64,000 bases of DNA from Eledone cirrhosa (lineage: Eukaryota): positions 371,380,001 to 371,444,000 of the forward strand of contig OZ024740.1 in NCBI GenBank assembly GCA_964016885.1, in the 5' to 3' direction. The notes under the pieces were generated by a model, which did no database searches, had not been told where the DNA came from, and was given only the letters and a program-made list of their open reading frames with translations. This document shows, piece after piece, positions 31,334-44,393 of the stretch. Position numbers and translations under genes: made by a program. Every line of letters starts with the position of its first letter. Position 1 is the first letter of the stretch.

Positions 31334-31864
31334 CCTAATTAATAATTAATAATTAGTAAAAATAATATGATATAGAGATTGAGTAAGAATTTTAGCAGTA
31401 TGGTGCCAACTTCGTATATGTTTTGATCTCATTAGTGAAGCTTAATCTAACCGTATAACCAGATCTTAGAATTACTAGAGAGGATAAAGCAGTATTTTGT
31501 GTATTCATACTGAAAGTGTGTGATAAGATAATCAGATATATATTTATACATACATAACAACGATGCCAATGTTGTCAGAAAATTACAAGAAACACAATGA
31601 TTATAGGAAGTTTTGCAAAAACCCCGCCACCAAATCAAGTTTACCCCAATCATTATTGAAGTAACATACTGCACATGAATCTCTCTGATACAAAGCATGA
31701 TTTAAATTGGATTCTCCAGAGAAAAGAAATAATTCTATAATCCACGAAATGTAGATAAGTACCATAGCAAGAATGATACATTTTTGTAAAACCTTTACGA
31801 AAATTAAAGAATAAACAGACATATACAGAACATTGGTAAAAGTTAGACACTCTTATCTCACCCA

Positions 31865-31865
<1 letters not shown>

Positions 31866-31895
<30 letters not shown>

Positions 31896-31961
31896 CTTCT
31901 TCTTCTTCTTCTTCTTCTTCTTCTTCTTCTTCTTCTTCTTCTTCTTCTTCTTCTTCTTCTT
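31866..31961. repeat. (TTC)n microsatellite
   Basis: Direct inspection; explains the poly-K ORF. Confidence 0.95.
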
Positions 31962-32181
31962 GTGAACTTGCCACAAGCAGATGAATGGCAATAGAGGAGA
32001 TACATACACGCATACACATGTATGTATGTATGTATGTATGTATGTATGTATGTATGTATGTATGTATGTATGTATGTATGTATGTATGTACTTATACACT
32101 TATATACATATCAATATATATGCGCACACGCGCAAGCGTATATTGGTATTCACACTCATATACCTATGTATGAGTAAGATG

Positions 32182-32230
<49 letters not shown>

Positions 32231-32849
32231 TTACTCATACGTGTCTGTAAATGTTTTGTTCTAAACTGTTTTCTTTTATAATGATTTAATTCTTATTTGA
32301 TCAAATTATCCACGTATATATAATATAATAATGTATATCCTCTTGCAGCAAAATGTGTATATTCGAATAAATACAGATAGATATCGCAGATCTACACGCA
32401 TATAGATAAACGCATACACATATTCATACCAATATGCATATTTCTGCAAAGGAAAAAAATAAGCAATAGCAAAATATATACATATGTTGCGTCGAAAAAA
32501 TAGAAAATAAATATAAATAAAAATCGCTCATTTATTTTTTGTTGCTATTATATTGGATGTAGTTAAGTAAACATACATTTTAATAATTTTAAGTTTTATT
32601 ATAGCTATCTATATTATTCATGGTTTGCGAACTGTATTATGAGTTTAATTTCTTACATCAAAAAGAATAATGTACAGCTTCTTGGAAAACATGTATTAAA
32701 ATGATCGAGGTTAACAAGTACTGTATGAAAATGTACTAACAACGTTTACAGGCCACTGTAGTATAACATATGGTTATTCTTATAGGGAATCTGTCAATGT
32801 CTTTACAAAAGTAGTTGTGTATCATTCCTTTTATACCAATTTCATATAG

Positions 32850-34300
32850 AATTATGGACTGTCACGTTGTAATTCCTTAGCTTTTTAGCTCACTTCTAGA
32901 TAGCATTATTGTCATTTGACATTACTATATCAATTATGGATACACGTTTTAGTAGTTGTCATAGAAAATGGCGTAAGACGTGTTTTATATGCTAAAAATA
33001 ATCTTCACATAACCATTTTCTAAGAATTTGAGCCTTCACTTTTCATCCAGTACTATATTCTTTTTGTTTCCACTTTCGATGTTTCCAATCTTACGGGTTA
33101 AAAGATCTTTACCAACGTTTTCCAATATTGTTTCTAAACCCTTCTTACAATTTTGCACACTTTATCTTTGTTGGCTTTCTGTGCTACCCAGATACTTCTG
33201 GCTCTTTCATTATACTATTGAATACTTTTGGAAGATTTTTTTGCGAGTTGTTGTTAGTTATTTTGTCAGAGGTTCGATACTTTATCCTTTCCGAAAACCT
33301 CTCAGTTGCTGTTAATCTGTAATAGCTGGGCTACTTCTACGTTTTTGGTTCTGTTCAGGATTGCTCGGTTGTTATACTTGTTTTATAAATTGTTGCTTTT
33401 GACACTCTATTCATTGTCCAAACACGTCCAATTATATCTTCTACTTTCTTGCCGTTACCGATGCATTGCTTTTTCTTTTGAATTTTTAAAATGCAGTTCT
33501 TGGTAAAATCCCTTTGGAATGGAAAAGAGCTGTTTATTTTGTTCAAAGAAGTGGTGTCACTTTTCACAACGATGGATCTTTTGTGATGTATCAAGGATGT
33601 TTTGTTTTAAGGTCTCTTTGATTTCGGTTATATCTCCTTCTGTATTTCTGTAGTATCTGTCTCTTTTGTTCATTAATGTCTTTTTATTGACAATTTCATT
33701 TAGAATTTAGAGATTTTGTTTTTATTTTTATCCTACTCTATACAATTGTTTTATCACGTTGTTTTCTTGAATTTAGATGTTTCTGTTTGAGATATTTTGA
33801 GGAAATAACAACTTTCTTTTGTTACTATTGCAATGGTTCCATAGATTATTGAGTTTATTCTGGATATATTGATATTTTCATGTTTCTAGTACGTCTTTGA
33901 TGTCCTAGTTTGCATTAAAAAATGTTGTTGATATTTCATCGTAATGTTTATCTTTGGAAGGTTCTTCACTTTGTTCAAAGAAAGAATTTCTATTGATTTT
34001 AATTATTTAACTTTCTCCTCCTTTAGTTTATTGTCATATACACTGTTTCTAGCTTTTGAACTGTATATTCTTAAATCAAAATATATATTTAACTGACTTT
34101 ATTTTCTTTGGCGCTATATTGGTTCAGCTTTCTTTTAGGTACCATGGAATTTTACCTTGTACTGTTTTCCTATTTCTTTACTTCTTTTGTCTTATCATTA
34201 TTGTTGTTCGTAATTTTGTTTGTTTTTAGTTTTTGTTTAGTGGTGTTTTGTATTTTCATTATGTATCCTTTCTTTTAAGTTTTATATTTCTTTGTCTGAT
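32850..34300 (-). mobile_element. Highly degenerate R4/Dong-like LINE (N-terminal/RT region)
   Basis: Strong strand skew; minus-strand fragments LPKIN, NISRINSIIYGTIAIVT, EQNKQLF, KVFNSIMKEPE and CKKGLETILEN resemble the R4 N-terminus and RT start. Confidence 0.4.
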
Positions 34301-35676
34301 AAATATTTGGTTTTAAATATACATTTCTTTATATTAGATAGTATGTTTGGATTAATATATATTTATATGAATGTAGGTTATTTTCTATCTAGTCATTATG
34401 CATGAGTATTATACCAATCTAGTTTTGGAGTCAGACTGAAGCTGAAAAGTATCATAGAGTGTGAAAATGTATTTCTCTCGTGTTCTTTTATGACCGTTTT
34501 ACTTTCTTTGTATGACTTGAAGAATAAAATCCGGTCGTTTATTTAGATCACCATAATTTTTTTTATTGAATATCGGTTAATTGATTTTTTAACAAAAGCA
34601 ACAGTTTGCACGCACAATGTTTTATATGTTTTACATCTAATTCCAAGTACATTTTACCCTTTTCAAGTTCGACAGAAAGGTATAGTTTTTAACTTGTATT
34701 GCTTTTTTTTGCGTTGAATTCGTTTGAGTTGTATTTGACGTGTGCCTCATTTGAAGATTTTCAAATTGTGGCCAGTGAACAGTTAGTGCAAACGTTAGAA
34801 ATACATGATTTATACGAAGCAAGTTGCAATAACATTGAAATAAGTTAATATGATATTTACACGCGTGCTCTTAATCATTTCCATTGGTAGAGACGTGCCA
34901 AGTTGGTCAGAGATCCCTCTTCTACCAATATACATTAAGCAGATTGCTTGGAATGCTGTGGTTAATCATGCACACGTATCCACTGAAGTTGAAACAACTG
35001 CAATGATCATTGATTATAAGTGGTCATATTTTTACAAGTTTCTTTATCTTGTCTTTTTGACTGAGATGGGTCCAGTGTTGATCAAGGTTTAGCGTCTGAC
35101 ATCTGAAATGTTATCAGATGTTGTAACAGACGGACAGTGCCTTCTACTGGAATGTAAACTCTTGCAATATGTATGTAGAGTGTAACTAAGCCTGAAAGAG
35201 GAAGGTTTCAGCAAATTTATTGCCCTATATATATTTTTCGTCAGAAAGTACTTTACTATGATGAAATTACAGAGATTACAGGATGGTAGGTAAATGTGGC
35301 CATCTTTCGTGATATGCGAATACTCACAGTCAACTTTGACTGGATTACAATAATTAAATAAATACAGCCTACTAAATACTGTACGCAAGTGGAAGTTAAC
35401 ATACCATTGCCATATTAGATGTCAGCTATCCAACAGTCTCAACCAGGATTTCATGCTTAGTATATCCCGAACGAGTGTCGGCTATTTCATTCATTATTTT
35501 ACAGAAAGGCCTTTGATAGGAGATTACAGAAAACATTCAAAAGTCCTTGGCATGCGAGGCTATTGGTGGTTCAGGTAGTTTGGGATAATTTCTACAGATA
35601 TCGAAGTACAATCAACCAAATCTTTTTGGGACGTCAAAAGACGTACAGTAGTGACTCTGCATTATTGGTTGGTAAA

Positions 35677-35865
35677 ATAATTGTTTCTACTTTTGGCACA
35701 AGGCCAGCAATTATCCCAGTGCATTACTGGTGCTTTATTTTATCGACCCCGAAAGGATGAAAGGCGAAGTTAACCTTGGCGGGATTTGAACTCAGGCCAT
35801 AAAGGGCCGTAACTCTTTGCTGCAAAGCATGGCGTCAAACCCTCTATTGATACTGCCAGTCCACC
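35677..35865 (-). mobile_element. SINE family A
   Basis: Reverse complement match. Confidence 0.9.
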
Positions 35866-36294
35866 TCGAATAGTTACTATCTAATGTGATATGAATCCGG
35901 CTATCAACCAAGAGCATCATGGAAATTATCCCGTTAACTCTTTTAGCATGGAATGGATATAGGGCTTATATGAAAGTATATATATGTTTATTAATATTAA
36001 ACATACAGAAGTCCCGTTATGGGTATTTTAAACTGTGGCATGATCACACATAACCCAATAGCCATATAGGAACCTCAGACACTATTGTGTCAACATTTTT
36101 ATCCATCTTCAGTAACGTTTACTCACTCGGTACTTGGTTAAACATGAATCTAATTCTTATCCATATTTTGTGTATAAAATATCTACTAGTGATGCTCATT
36201 TCCATATTGTGCGAGCTTCAGTGGGTGTTATTAATTAGCTTATATATATATATATATATGTATATAAACACACACACGCAACACAACACACAGG

Positions 36295-36382
<88 letters not shown>

Positions 36383-36609
36383 CATACACACACACACACA
36401 CACACAAACATACACACACACACACACACGCACACACACACATACACACACACGCGCGCACATATATATATATATAAATATATATATAAATATATATATG
36501 TCTATATATTTGTTTGCATTGTCTTATTTGACTGTTTCCTGGCTCACAATATAACAATAACAATATTAATAATACAAATTTCTTCCTCCTCGTCTCTCGA
36601 TTTCTTCTC

Positions 36610-36631
36610 GTAATAATAATAATAATAATAA

Positions 36632-36711
<80 letters not shown>

Positions 36712-36726
36712 GTAGTTATTATTGTT

Positions 36727-36764
<38 letters not shown>

Positions 36765-36777
36765 TTTCATCATTATT
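36610..36777. repeat. Compound (TAA)n(TAG)n(ATC)n microsatellite
   Basis: Direct inspection. Confidence 0.95.
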
Positions 36778-36778
36778 T

Positions 36779-36962
36779 GGATTGGCAGTATCGGTAGAGG
36801 GTCTGACGCCATGCTTTCCAGCATAGTTACGTCCCTTTACGATCTGAGTTTAAATCCCGCTGAGGTTGACTTTGCCTTTCATCCTTATGGGGTCGATAAA
36901 ATAAAGCACCAGTAATGCACTGGGTAATTGCTGGCCTTGTGCCTAAAGTAGAAACAATTATT
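36779..36962 (+). mobile_element. SINE family A inserted in (ATC/ATT)n
   Basis: Full match; trinucleotide repeats on both sides. Confidence 0.9.
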
Positions 36963-37226
36963 ATCATTATCATCATTATCATTATTATTTTTATTATTAT
37001 TTGTTGCATAAGAAATCTATGTTTGTAAAATAAAAATAAACAAAAAATCTATCCTGATGGACTTTTCGCAAGAATGTTCACAGATTTATTTTGAACGATA
37101 TATTTATATCATTTCATCAAAACTGAAGTAAATCTCTAGAAATTACTCTTACACATCACCTTAACAACCGTTCGAATGTATATATGTATGTTTGCATAGG
37201 TGCATGTATGAATCTAATGATATGTA

Positions 37227-37303
<77 letters not shown>

Positions 37304-40300
37304 CCATATATATAGATATTACAGATACACACACACACGTGAGTGTGTTTAAATATATGTGTACAGATGTCGAACTAAACATAGTATACAGTGTTATTTA
37401 CGGTTTTACCGTCAGTACACGTCAGTTGAAGCTATCATTTGGCAGGCAACTCTTAGAATAAATCAAAAGATAATTCTTTACAAATCCAAATCTACACAGA
37501 AGGGAAAACGTATTTTTAAACAGAAAAAACGAATAATAATAATAACAACAATAATAATAATGATGATAGTAATAATAATAATATAGAAAAGTAACATAAA
37601 TCTCATCCAAACTACTGTTTTTTTTTATAGTTTTCGTTTGATCTCTAGAGTGTAGTTCAGCGAGGATGTCATCGTCTTATCTCGGCTCAGCATGGTTTTA
37701 AAGGTGAGCTTATGACTGAAAGAAAATATATTTTTCCTTGTTTTAAAAAAAATTTGTCTTTTACTAACCCGTTTATCTTCATTGCATCTTTTCTTTCTTT
37801 TATTTTAACCCCTCCCCACTTTTAATGTTTCTATGTATCTTTTCTAATGCAGTCACTGATTAGTATGTACTTTTTATCCAATTTATCTATCATAGAATTT
37901 ACCACCTATCTCTGTTGAGCCGAAGGTCAATATGTTTTCTCACTTCTCTAGTGATTCTACGTTTAGAAACATTTTTGTCTAGCAATGGCGTCTTTCCTTC
38001 TTTATATAAAATATATTAAAAGAAAAAAAGTTCTGTATTTTTTCTGTGCAAGTTGACAACAAGAAAACATAGCTTTCTTAAAGAAACAAATTTAAACGTT
38101 AAAATATTTCATCGATTCTAATGCTATCCAAATGTAATTGACAATAATAATGATTTCTCACTTTGGCATACGGTTACACATTTACAAGGGGATGGTATAG
38201 AGGATCGAACTCGACATTAAGATGAAAAGTTAATACCATTTGAGTTTAGATTCAGAACACAAGTAAACATAACATAAAATAACATAAACTAAATCATCAT
38301 ATACTGTCCCTCTGTATCCATAACTGTCCATCTGCACTAACACTTCTTGATCCAGCTGTTTGCATGAATGTTTAACCTCTTTCTATTCTGTTTAACAGCA
38401 TTCTTGTATCTATGTCAGGGTCTATTCTGTTTTTCTTTTGTGTCATAAGTCAGATGTGAGTAAAGTATTTGTCTCGGTAATAGTGTTTTCTCAATATGGA
38501 GAAACATATTTTTCTTAACCTGGAGTGAGGGAGGTCATCTCTGTGAATCAAATAATTATTCCAAATATAATTCCTACTTCTAAAAGCCTCTATTGAAACC
38601 ATTGCCTTCTGTTCTTGGGCCTAAATGTACATCCCAAAACAAAACAAGAAGCTGGTATAACTATCATATGAAAATTGTTTGAGTTTCTCCTATAAAATGA
38701 TCCTTATTACCAAAGTTATATTGTCAAAGGCCATTGATGATCAAACACAGGCTAGATCTAATATTGCCTGCTTTAATAATATACGCCAGCATATCCTTAT
38801 TAGAACAGTTCTTGACAACTTGGATCACAAACCCTTAACCAGGAGAGCTACATCATCGTCCCATAGAACTAACATTTTAATTTTCCTTTTCCATTACCAA
38901 TAAACTCATGCTGGACCAAAGATCCTACTGAAATTGACTTCCAAGTGAGAGAGTCAAGAAAAAGTGGATCTGTCTTGCCCTCACACTTGTTTCTCCTGTT
39001 GGTCGAAAACTTATAAGCCAGCTTCTAGTAAAATATGTGGATCCAAGGAACTAGAACATGATAAATTATGGTTGCCAGCAGCAATTTATTTCACGCTGCA
39101 TGAGGAATCAGAAGCGGAGATAGTGTCAATCATGTGGTCATTATAGCACACATTTAGATATTATGCTATCGAAATAGCTAAGGAATATATTGAAATAATT
39201 TTCCCACTATTTCGTGAAAAGGCAATTTTAGCAAAAATGATTCGATAAAAAATAGAGCTTGTGAAAAACGTATAAAATATTTTAATCCACAATAAATATC
39301 AGTTTTGGTGGTAGCTGATGGCAATACGCCTGAACATAGTTAGTCCACTGGACCTTCCCTGTCAGTTTTATAGAAAATATGTTTCTTGTAATGCTAGGAA
39401 GACTTCACATTGACATGTGAGCCTCGATTGGCTGAAATTTCCACTGAAGAATCACGCAAGAGATGCCAATCACATCAGTTAATGAAGAAAAATGCACTGA
39501 ATAATTTTATAAGAATCTTGGTTCCACAGAGAAAATATTTTATCTGGATATAAATGAGGCTCTAAATTTGTATGTTAGGAAACGTCAGTGGGAATACTTC
39601 TCCAGCACAATTTAGCGTGATATAAGTTAGTATCTTTAAAATGCTAGATGTTTCTATATAAACCTTATAAGCGTCTTTTTTGTGTCCATGTTATCTATCG
39701 AAACTAAATCATTTCGAGTATATCACGTAAACGAATAACAACTGATCCGCTCAAAGTGATACAGCTAAATTATTCAGTTAGAATAATATGATTTATTGTA
39801 TAGAATTAATTGTGGTCTTTATAAAATTTAGGGTATCTCACAGACTTTAACAGAAAATATTGGATTTTATATCGAATTTTATATCAAAGATGTGCTTAGT
39901 TACAAGTTATGCTAGTGCTGCGAACAAAACTAAACCAACCGTTATTTCATATTATAGGATACAGCATAGCGAAACAAAGACCTTTCATAAAACGGATAAC
40001 AACAAACAAAAACACATTTTCTAAGTGATAAACTGTGAATGCCTTGAATTGTTTTACAATATATTGCAATAGTAGTGAATGCTGTGCAGGGAATGGTGTA
40101 CAGTGAATTTACAACTGTCAACAAACCAATATCAAAGGTACAATACAATCGTTAAATGCTATAGATTTTGTATTGCTAACCCCAGGCGTAATCCATTAAA
40201 AAGCCGCCCAATAAGCGGACTGAAAGTTTTGTTACTTTCATTTGATGGAAACACTGCAAATGAAATAATTCAACCAACATAGGAAACTAGATATATTAGA

Positions 40301-40372
40301 ATTTTACAAAGTAACTTCTTGCCAGCAGCTGTAGAGCATGAGTTACTCTACACTTACAATATTTATTCATAG

Positions 40373-40530
40373 CGAAGGCATTTAGCTCAGTGATTAGGGT
40401 GTCCGTCTCACGGTCGTAAGTTCGTATTGTGTTCTTGAGTAAGACACTTTATTTCACGTTGTTCCAGTCCATTCAGTTGGCAAAAGTGAGTTATATCTGT
40501 AATTCACAGGGCTAGCCTTGTCATACTGAA
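40373..40530 (+). mobile_element. Different tRNA-derived SINE (CORE-like centre)
   Basis: tagctcagtgattagg box A; ttgtgttcttgagtaagacacttta resembles CORE-type cores; related fragments at ~8170-8255 and ~47830-47950. Confidence 0.55.
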
Positions 40531-40859
40531 ACTTTTGTCGAAAGTGACGGAGATCCAACAGCAACAATTTAGTTTCGTATGTCGTTTCTGTTGGGTGGTA
40601 GACGTAATCTGTTGCTCGGTTGAAAATATCTCCAGAATTTACCTTCCTTTATTGGAGGCACTTGCCTTCTTCCCTACCTGGGGTAATTTGCTTTTAGATA
40701 TGAAATCATAATTTGTACTGTTCACAACAATAATAATAAGTTCAACGTTTCAGTCTCGCCCCTGGAAACATTGATGTTATCAAAATCGGTGCTGCAATAA
40801 TGAACTTCACGAGCCAATGAAGAAACCACTGTAAGGTCACTCGAGCTGCTAGAAATAAT

Positions 40860-40983
40860 TGTTTCTACGTTAGGCACAAGGCCAGCAATTACCCAGTGTA
40901 TTACTGGTACTTTATTTTATCGACCCCGTAAGGATGAAAGGCAAAGTTAACCTCGGCGGGATTAACTTTGCCTTTCATCCTTA
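40860..40983 (-). mobile_element. 5'-truncated SINE A with terminal fold-back, 17-bp TSD
   Basis: TSD GAGCTGCTAGAAATAAT at 40843-40859 and 40984-41000; 22-bp inverted arms 40929-40950 and 40962-40983. Confidence 0.9.
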
Positions 40984-41520
40984 GAGCTGCTAGAAATAAT
41001 AGCAAATTATCTATCAAATCAAACCCTACCAGCCTAAAAAAAGGAAGTACACATTAGATAATGTAGTACCTAAAAAGGCGGGTTGGTCACTGCTTGTATG
41101 TCTTTGATAATGTCTGTACCAGTGGTGTTAACCTAGGGTCAGACAACAGTAGCAACAACAATAGTACAATGAAAGTCAACAACCCGAGATTTTATTTCTT
41201 GTGATAAATACAGTTCCAATCTAATTTACTAGAAAGCGGTTTATTGTTTTCCTTTCTCTGCACTCGGTTGACTTTCTTAATAACCTGAGATGGTTAATAT
41301 ATTTTTTGTTAAGTTTTTGTCTATATCTTTCCTGAGAAAACCTAACTTCACATCCAATACCTTAAGCTTCACGACTACTTAACCAGATTTTTCCCTAACC
41401 GTGCTTTGGACTAATATAGATTGAGATTATCCACACATCATTTCTAATCGCTTTTGTTACTTCGCTTTTCATTTTACTCCAATCTCTTTCTATATATTCG
41501 TACATAGATATACACACACA

Positions 41521-41604
<84 letters not shown>

Positions 41605-41606
<2 letters not shown>

Positions 41607-41990
41607 CTGATTCTTTTTTTCAAATACCACTTTGGAAGAAGAATCAGGATGGAGAGAGAGGTGCTGTACCCCAGCAAGTTTTATGAAAGGTGGGTGAAAG
41701 TGGCGAGAATGGCCCGAGTGAATGGGCCTTCTCTCTATATCAGCCTGTAGGTTGAGGAAAAGGAGGAGGAGAGGAAAGGAGTACAAACTCTTCGTACTCC
41801 TGGAGATGAGGGTTTCACATTTTTTCGGGGGGTATGTGTTACCCATATAAACCGTCTCCCCCTATTGGGGAAAATCGACTAACTTTTTTAATTGCATTTG
41901 TGATAACATTTTACACGTTTTTATTGTATGTAAACTTCCCCCTTTGTATTTGTTCCCTTCTTTTGTGCCCCTGTGGCTAATAAAGAAACA
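41605..41990 (+). mobile_element. 5'-truncated Tx1/L1-group element (ORF2 C-terminus + 3' UTR) in (TATC)n
   Basis: LILFFKYHFGRRIRMEREVLYPSKFYERWVKVARMARVNG...* resembles the Tx1 ORF2 end; AATAAA near 41980; (TATC)n on both sides. Confidence 0.7.
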
Positions 41991-42037
<47 letters not shown>

Positions 42038-42050
42038 GTATCCGTCCATG

Positions 42051-42153
<103 letters not shown>

Positions 42154-42204
42154 CGTTTCTGAATTTGTTTAGCAAGATTCTTTATCTGAAAACGTGTGTT
42201 GAAA

Positions 42205-42425
42205 CCGATATTGTTATGCTTTGGGAGGGTTATGTTGCCAATAAGAAACACACGCACCAGTTGCTTTCACTTTAATTTATTATAAATTAAATTCATAAAT
42301 TTAGGAATTTATAAATTTCCGGTTGGTTGGTTGGTTCCACAACCAGACGATTGTTCATATATTGTCAAAGTTCGTTCGTCACACATTCTGTGACCTCTTC
42401 AGTGACTGGGGATTCTTTTCTTTGT
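42205..42425 (-). mobile_element. Inverted PLE pLTR with hammerhead remnant (42364-42407)
   Basis: Reverse complement of 59975-60195; reads gtca-CTGAAGA-g gtcaca..tgtgac-GAAC; directly abuts the PLE RT fragment. Confidence 0.75.
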
Positions 42426-42429
42426 TTTT

Positions 42430-42828
42430 TCCCAAACCCATGAGTTCCAAATATCTGATCCACCGAAACTCAGCTGTTTCGGACCATACCAAAATCAACA
42501 TACTGATTGCGGATTTGGTACGGGTGATGAGAAACGTGTCCCGCATGTGCAACCCAAAGAACTAGAGAGACACATACAACACTTCATCCACCGTATGCAG
42601 TTCTCTGGTTACAATCAGAGAGATAAAATCAGAGTATATAGAGGAGCCAGAACCAAATGGGAAAAAATGGTAAATAATGATACAAATGGGACCTGCCCCT
42701 TGTATAGGAGCAAATTTTGGAATAGAATAGAAAGAACTAAGAATAAAGTTAATAGAATAAACTCATGGTATGATAGCAATAAATACCAGAGTGTAATGTT
42801 CATTAATACAACCCCTAGAGGTGAATTA
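42430..42828 (+). pseudogene. Penelope-like RT C-terminal (thumb/linker) fragment
   Basis: KPMSSKYLIHRNSAVSDHTKINILIADLVRVMRNVS / ERHIQHFIHRMQFSGYNQ...PLYRSKFW...SVMFINTTPRGEL with one frameshift; cut off by the Tx1 element. Confidence 0.7.
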
Positions 42829-44274
42829 GACGTCCGCCAAGAGACCTCCGAACAAGTCTGGCATCTGTACGTAAAGTTCATAGGGCAGACCATCCAAACC
42901 AGGCGATTTACCCCTTGTGCAGCCAGTCATTGCCTCCCTTACTTCAGCGGCTGTTATCGGCTTTTCGCAACACTTCGCCTCAGTGGCCGAGAGCCGCGGC
43001 AGTCCGTCGAGGTAGACACTAAAGTCCATCCCTCGACCCAGCCCACCGCTGCCCCCGACAGCTGAGCGAAGTGTCGCTGAAAAGCTTCACACATTTGCCC
43101 GGGATCGAGTAGCATGCGCCCGTCGTGGTCCACCAAAGACCGGATCGTGGCTTTGTTGCCACGACGCGCCTCCGCCACTCGGGCCCATTGAACGGCTTTC
43201 GTCCCCTCGTGTCTGAGAGCACGCACCATTGCTCTGACAACGCAGCCTTCGTGCTTTGCATTGAAGAATTGGTCAAGGGCCAACTTCGCCGCAAGCACGT
43301 CGGTCGCAATGCCTTTGCTAAACGCCTCGTCTAATTTTCTAACTAGTTCTCCCTCTGCTCTATTTTTCTCTATTGCTAAAGCCTTACTAAACCTAATCGA
43401 TTCTATTCTAATCGCTCTTTTCAGAGCAAACCACCACTTGTTGTTGACGATGGCCCCCGTCAACGCCCGCTTAACTAGTTCGCTAATCCGGTCTCTGTAG
43501 GCCTTGCGCGCTGGTAAGGACGCGTTTAGCTTCCAGTAGCCGGGTCCTCGTCTATGAAGCCTATCTAAGTCAAGCACACAGATCACGAATTTGTGGTCCG
43601 TGTAGCTGACTATCTTGAATTGTGGACAGCCTATGCTAGACCTATCTATTTCCCTACAAAATACTCTATCTAGATATGATCTGGATGACCCTATGCGATT
43701 TGTCCAAGTCCACATTGGCACATTCGGGAAATCCAATCGATACCTGTCAGACAGTTCAAAACGCCTGAGCAGGTTGGTGAGGCTCTTGTACCCTCCACCC
43801 CTATCCGCTAATCCCACACAGTCCCAGCGTGCATCTAAGATCCCGTTCCAGTCGCCCACTAACACTAAAGAGCGGGACGTTCCAAGAAAGGTCTCCAGAC
43901 GCCGGAAGAAACCAGGACGCCCTGCTCCTGTCGGGGCATAGACGGCCACTAGCCTGAAAGCTTGCCCGTCTCTGCTGGTCACGTCCAGCACCACCAACTT
44001 ACCCTCTGGATCCAGGAAGATGGCCCGTATGGCGAGATCCAAACCTCTCCGAAAAAGCACAGCAACTCGTCCCCCCAATCCAGGACGGCTGGGAGATGCG
44101 TACACATCGTAGCCGCCGAAGATCGGTGCGAAGGCCCGTGCTTCGGAGATTCTGGTCTCGCTGATGGCCACTACATCTATGTTTAGTGACCTGAGGTCGT
44201 TGAGCAGGTGACCCTGCTTCGATGATGACCCCCAAGCCACGCGCATTTATGCTGCCTATTCTGAATGAGGTCAT
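42829..44274 (-). pseudogene. Tx1 ORF2: APE endonuclease + linker, broken before RT core
   Basis: GSINARGL, AISETR, VAVYAP, GDWN, YLDR, TDHK, GPGYWKLN, KSPGLDGLPYELY; frameshifts near 44235 and 43030. Confidence 0.9.
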
Positions 44275-44393
44275 GTTTAAAATAGAGTGGAAAAGATGGG
44301 AAAGACCACTTACCGTACTTTTCGTAGAGGAGGGATGGTTTTTCCATCCCTTTTCACTTGATCGTCTGGTGAAGGGACCATTGAATCGTCCCT

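Noticed and set aside
38300-39130. Possible degraded LINE RT (DDVALLVKG on minus strand)
   Set aside because: Only one or two weak motifs; not supportable without profile search.
42547-43065. 172-aa ORF as a single novel protein
   Set aside because: Chimera of PLE RT thumb (to 42828) and antisense Tx1 ORF2.
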